Positions 60,305-64,000 of a stretch of 64,000 nt of DNA are shown in pieces. The DNA is taken from contig JAUSGH010000002.1 of assembly GCA_030649055.1 (NCBI GenBank), positions 5,357 through 69,356 of the forward strand, read 5' to 3'. The notes beneath the pieces were generated by a model. The model searched no databases, was not told where the DNA came from, and saw nothing but the letters and a program-made list of their open reading frames with translations. A program made the translations under genes and the position numbers. The stretch comes from a bacterium (lineage in GTDB: Bacteria > Patescibacteriota > Minisyncoccia > UBA6257 > JAUSGH01). Position 1 is the first letter of the stretch. Every line of letters begins with the position of its first letter.

Positions 60305-60396
60305 ATAAGCAATAAAGCATTAAATCAATAAAGCAAGAAGTTACAAGTTAGTTTTACGTTTTTTTACTTTGCTTCCATGCTTTCTTGCTTTTATGC

Positions 60397-60891
60397 TTAC
60401 ATGAGTGTTTTCATGACTTCTTCCACCGCGCGCTCGTCGTCTTCGGCGGTTACTTTGCGCAAAAGGATTTTCTCCGCCACCATAATAGCCGCCGCGCGAA
60501 TGTCAGCTTTCGCGCCATGCAACGCGTCGCGCGCCATCGTATCCGATTGCGCTTTGGCTTTTTGAAGCATGTCCTCGGCAACCGCCTTCGCGCGTCCTTC
60601 CACTTCGCGCAATCGCGCCTCTGCCTGCACCTTCGTCGCTCCCATCAACTGCTCCGCCTCCGCGTCAGCACGCGACAAAATTTCTTTGCGCGTGATATCA
60701 GCGCGGGCGATTTCTTTCTGCGCCTCCTCATGCATCGCCAAACCTTTTTCAATAGTGGATTTACGATCCTCAATCATGCGCACAATCTTCGGGAAGACAA
60801 AGCGCTTGAGGATCCAAAACACCACCAAAAAATTAAATGCTTGGGCAAAGAGTAACTTTCCGTTAATGCCGAGTTTGGTGAACAACTCCAT
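60397..60891 (-). CDS. atpF: ATP synthase b subunit
   Basis: LGIN...AQ..NF...ILKRF.FP, coiled coil. Confidence 0.92.
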   Translation of the reverse strand: MELFTKLGINGKLLFAQAFNFLVVFWILKRFVFPKIVRMIEDRKSTIEKGLAMHEEAQKEIARADITRKEILSRADAEAEQLMGATKVQAEARLREVEGRAKAVAEDMLQKAKAQSDTMARDALHGAKADIRAAAIMVAEKILLRKVTAEDDERAVEEVMKTLM

Positions 60892-60941
60892 AGTTATCCG
60901 CGACAATCCGTGTCGCTATCCGCGTCCTTCCGCTTCTACGC

Positions 60942-61169
60942 TTACGCAAAAAGAATAATGAGCGCCACAACCAACGCGTAAATGGCGATAGCTTCAATGA
61001 AAGCGGTCGCCAAAATCATCGCCGGCTGGATTTTTGAGGCCGCCTCCGGATTCCGTCCGATGGCTTCCATCGCTTTCGTCGCGAGCTTACCGATAGCAGT
61101 CGCCGACGCGAGCGCGCCGACACCGATGGCAATCGCCGCGGCGATAAATTTTACCATTTCTGCATCCAT
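60942..61169 (-). CDS. atpE: ATP synthase c subunit
   Basis: AIGRNPEA, FIEAIAIY. Confidence 0.95.
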   Translation of the reverse strand: MDAEMVKFIAAAIAIGVGALASATAIGKLATKAMEAIGRNPEAASKIQPAMILATAFIEAIAIYALVVALIILFA

Positions 61170-61218
61170 AATGTGAGATTTGTTTAATGGTTAATGAATA
61201 ATAGTGTTCGACCTGATT

Positions 61219-61280
61219 GTATTCCTTCGACAGGCTCAGGAAATAACATCACTTACTCCCTGAGCTTGTCGAAGGGCTAC
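61219..61280. repeat. REP-like doublet between atpB and atpE
   Basis: gtattccttcgacaggctcagga ... ccctgagcttgtcgaagggctac. Confidence 0.8.
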
Positions 61281-61286
61281 ATATAT

Positions 61287-62063
61287 TTAATGCGCGGGAA
61301 CCGCGTGTGTTTCATGCGATTCGTGCGTCTCCGTAGCAAACTTGATGAATATGAGCGTAAGCATAGCAAAGACCAGCGCTTGAATAAAGCCCACGAAGAT
61401 TTCCAGCAGCAAAAACGGCGTCGGCGCCACAATCGGCGCAAGATTCATAATGATGAGCAAGAGTACCTCGCCCGCGAACACATTACCGAACAACCGGAAG
61501 GAAAACGACATCACCTTCGCGAACTCCCCAACTAATTCAAGCAAGCCGACAAAAAAATGTATCGGCCCTTCGCGGAAATTAAAAAACTTGCTCCAATGCC
61601 CCCACGCGCCCAATTTTTTCATTCCGTAGATCTGAATAGCGACAACGGAGACGAGAGCTAAGGCAAGCGTCGTGTTCAAATCGCTGTTTGCCGACCTGAA
61701 AAATGGAACGAATTCTTTTACGCCTTCATGCACTTCATAAAAACCAATAGACCCGATGCCGGGCAAAATGCCAAGCCAGTTATTAAAAAGAATAAAGAAA
61801 AAAATCGTGGCAATAAAGGGAAGATACTGTTTCGCGGCGGCTCTCGTCCCCAGCGTCTCCTCCATAAAATCAAGAATGCCGCCAATCAGGATTTCCGTGA
61901 TATTTTGTCCGCTCCGCGGAACCATCTTGAGCGACCGCGCGATAAGCAAGGCTGTCAGCCCCACAATCGCCGAAACCACAAGACCCAACACCAAACTATT
62001 GGCGAGCGGGAATTCGCCGATATGCGCAAGTATTTCCGGTTTTAAACTTACGTGCAATTCCAT
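61287..62063 (-). CDS. atpB: ATP synthase a subunit
   Basis: NW.G..PG, DLNTTLAL, SFRLFGNVFAGE, IQALVF. Confidence 0.95.
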   Translation of the reverse strand: MELHVSLKPEILAHIGEFPLANSLVLGLVVSAIVGLTALLIARSLKMVPRSGQNITEILIGGILDFMEETLGTRAAAKQYLPFIATIFFFILFNNWLGILPGIGSIGFYEVHEGVKEFVPFFRSANSDLNTTLALALVSVVAIQIYGMKKLGAWGHWSKFFNFREGPIHFFVGLLELVGEFAKVMSFSFRLFGNVFAGEVLLLIIMNLAPIVAPTPFLLLEIFVGFIQALVFAMLTLIFIKFATETHESHETHAVPAH

Positions 62064-62185
62064 AATAATGCTCTCAAGTATAAAAAAAGTTGCTTAAAAA
62101 TGCAATACCACCGAATTGTATTTTTCCTCAAATTGTGCCATTATTCTCCGCAGTGGTTAGTTCAACGATTTTGGAGGTTAGGCCC

Positions 62186-62968
62186 ATGTTGGCTCTCGTC
62201 ACGCTCTCAACCTGGCAGACCATTGCGATTGGCGCGCTTGTCGCGCTACTCCTCGTACTCTGGCTCAGCGCGCGCCGGTGGTCGGTGGAGCGCCTCGTCA
62301 TGGTGCGCGCTCACTATAAGGATGGCGCCGAGAAGGACTTCATCACGTATCCGTGGCGCCTCAAGGAGCTCTACAAGGCGATCAAGGGAAACCCGCGGAC
62401 GCTTCACTGCGACGACTACTTCCCCCGCGATCTTCCCATCAACTCCAGCGTCACGTGTGTAAGCCTCCACCCATTCGGGTACCATAGTCACCCGTGGCAC
62501 AACAACGACTCGCTTCAGAGTCACTTTCAGTGGGAGAGGACACTTTGGAGCAGCGCACACGCCCTACTCACGAGCGTGCTGAGCGACTTTGGGCTGGAGG
62601 ACAATCAACCGATGCTACCCGAAATACTCAACCTCCTCTCGCACCAGCGTTTGGACGCGCTGAGGTTAAAAGCGGCGAGGGACAATCCCTCAGCCGCATA
62701 TTGCCTCAACAACGGCGAGGTCGCCTATCTCCAGCGTCTGCGCGACTGCCTGGATGTGACGATGGAGAAAAGGTGGGCGAGGGACACCCGTTATGTGCGG
62801 CTTAACGGCGGTCTGCCCGACACGGATGCGTGCGTGATGACACTGCTGGATACTGACGAAGGCGCGAAGTGTGTCATCGCCTACATCAACCGCGGCTGGC
62901 AACCCGAACCGACACCTCCCATGCCGCCCGAGCCATGCATACAGACAAGGACTGGCGGACACTGCTAG
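62186..62968 (+). CDS. Hypothetical protein with N-terminal TM segment (orphan cassette)
   Basis: SD GGAGG upstream of ATG 62186; terminator hairpin plus T-run at ~62990-63035. Confidence 0.65.
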   Translation: MLALVTLSTWQTIAIGALVALLLVLWLSARRWSVERLVMVRAHYKDGAEKDFITYPWRLKELYKAIKGNPRTLHCDDYFPRDLPINSSVTCVSLHPFGYHSHPWHNNDSLQSHFQWERTLWSSAHALLTSVLSDFGLEDNQPMLPEILNLLSHQRLDALRLKAARDNPSAAYCLNNGEVAYLQRLRDCLDVTMEKRWARDTRYVRLNGGLPDTDACVMTLLDTDEGAKCVIAYINRGWQPEPTPPMPPEPCIQTRTGGHC

Positions 62969-63075
62969 GCACCATCTCCTCACATCTCAAACCCCCGCCG
63001 CTCGTACCAACGAGATGCGGGGGTCCTTCATTTTTATATTAGACCCACTTCGCTCAAAGCATACCTGCCCACCCA

Positions 63076-63552
63076 TCAACTCCCCGATTCCCGCTTCCTC
63101 ATCTTCAGTACAGTCAAAACCCCGCCGATAAACAGCAACAATGATGTCGTGGCGGAAATCATACAATACGCGCAAATTTCATGAAGGATGAAAAACTGCA
63201 GATACACAAACCACGCGGAGGCAAAGAGTCCCGTGACAGAAAGTGCCGCCGCCGCTAACATAAAACGGGAATTTTTTGTATAAAGCGCCGCGCTTGCAAA
63301 TATGACGATAGCGAGATAATACGCAACGCCGAAAAATGCGACCGGTACTCCGGCGAACACCGAGTACGCGCTTGCAAGTACATTATCGCAACCCGTACCG
63401 ATAAGGCAGGTACCCGGCATGAGAGAAAAATGCCGAATCGAAAGATACGTCGCGTCCGTGAGGCCGATGAGCCCCAGTACTAAAAACGCCGCCGCAAACC
63501 ATCGCGGCACAATAGAAACGGGTGATTGAGTTATTGTTTCATTCGGCTCCAT
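63076..63552 (-). CDS. Vitamin K epoxide reductase (VKOR) family protein
   Basis: C...GC..VL.S.YS...GVPVA..G, C.YC redox motif. Confidence 0.88.
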   Translation of the reverse strand: MEPNETITQSPVSIVPRWFAAAFLVLGLIGLTDATYLSIRHFSLMPGTCLIGTGCDNVLASAYSVFAGVPVAFFGVAYYLAIVIFASAALYTKNSRFMLAAAALSVTGLFASAWFVYLQFFILHEICAYCMISATTSLLLFIGGVLTVLKMRKRESGS

Positions 63553-63607
63553 GTGCCGACAATATAACACATACACAAGACGCTTGCAAACATAGCCACC
63601 GAACGTA

Positions 63608-64000
63608 CTACGGTACCGTATACGGCGCCGTTGTCGCGACCGATGAAACATATCCGAATTCATCAACCGCGCGCACGCCAAAAACATACGTGTTGGATGA
63701 AGTCGCGAAGGAATACGTATATTTGAAATCGGGGCTGTTGGCGCCGGCAACGCCCTGCGTGAACCGCACCCATTCGTTATCCGGAAAACGTTCTACAGCG
63801 GTGGAAGTCGCGCGATTGACTTCATAACCGATTTCGCGATTCATGCCGTCGGAGTCGGTTGAAGAAGGATCCCATCCGATGACGGCCTTGGAAAGCCCCG
63901 CGTCATACCGTTCCACGAGCGCCGATGCCGGCGGCGTGGGGGGCGCCGTGACCGGCGCTACGTCGCTGAAATAGTACTTGGTCTTATCCGCCGCGGCGAA
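63608..64000 (-). CDS. 3' end of a surface protein with an FN3-like domain (partial)
   Basis: Frame open to the window edge; W..STD.D...Y.VN...Y.FGVRAVDEFG. Confidence 0.65.
   Translation of the reverse strand, partial: FAAADKTKYYFSDVAPVTAPPTPPASALVERYDAGLSKAVIGWDPSSTDSDGMNREIGYEVNRATSTAVERFPDNEWVRFTQGVAGANSPDFKYTYSFATSSNTYVFGVRAVDEFGYVSSVATTAPYTVP

Overview
Core-chromosome segment of a bacterium most consistent with Patescibacteria/CPR (Parcubacteria-like). The evidence is rpmD/L30 missing between rpsE and rplO, a short UvrC and epsilon subunit, and VirD4-like, LamG, Gmad2, DUF5667 and VKOR genes. TGA is used as a stop codon. The window holds an F0F1 ATP synthase operon, metK with a SAM riboswitch, tuf plus the S10-spc ribosomal cluster to secY, adk, map, greA, lysS, serS, alr, ftsQ, prmC, uvrB-uvrA-uvrC, ychF and murC. 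No rRNA, tRNA, CRISPR array, integrase or transposase was seen. The most interesting signals are non-coding or sub-genic: (1) three dispersed copies of a ~270-330 bp element that folds into a covarying rod with conserved internal loops; (2) a ~680-nt, highly structured unit with its own promoter and terminator upstream of tuf and no large ORF; (3) a GTAN-ended REP-like palindrome inserted in frame in all three UvrABC subunits; (4) about a dozen orphan cassettes with strong Shine-Dalgarno sites, many with their own promoter and terminator, scattered among SD-less, often leaderless-looking housekeeping genes; (5) an enlarged SAM riboswitch that appears to have both pseudoknots; (6) a uL3 missing about 65 internal residues. 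All calls were made by eye with no database search.
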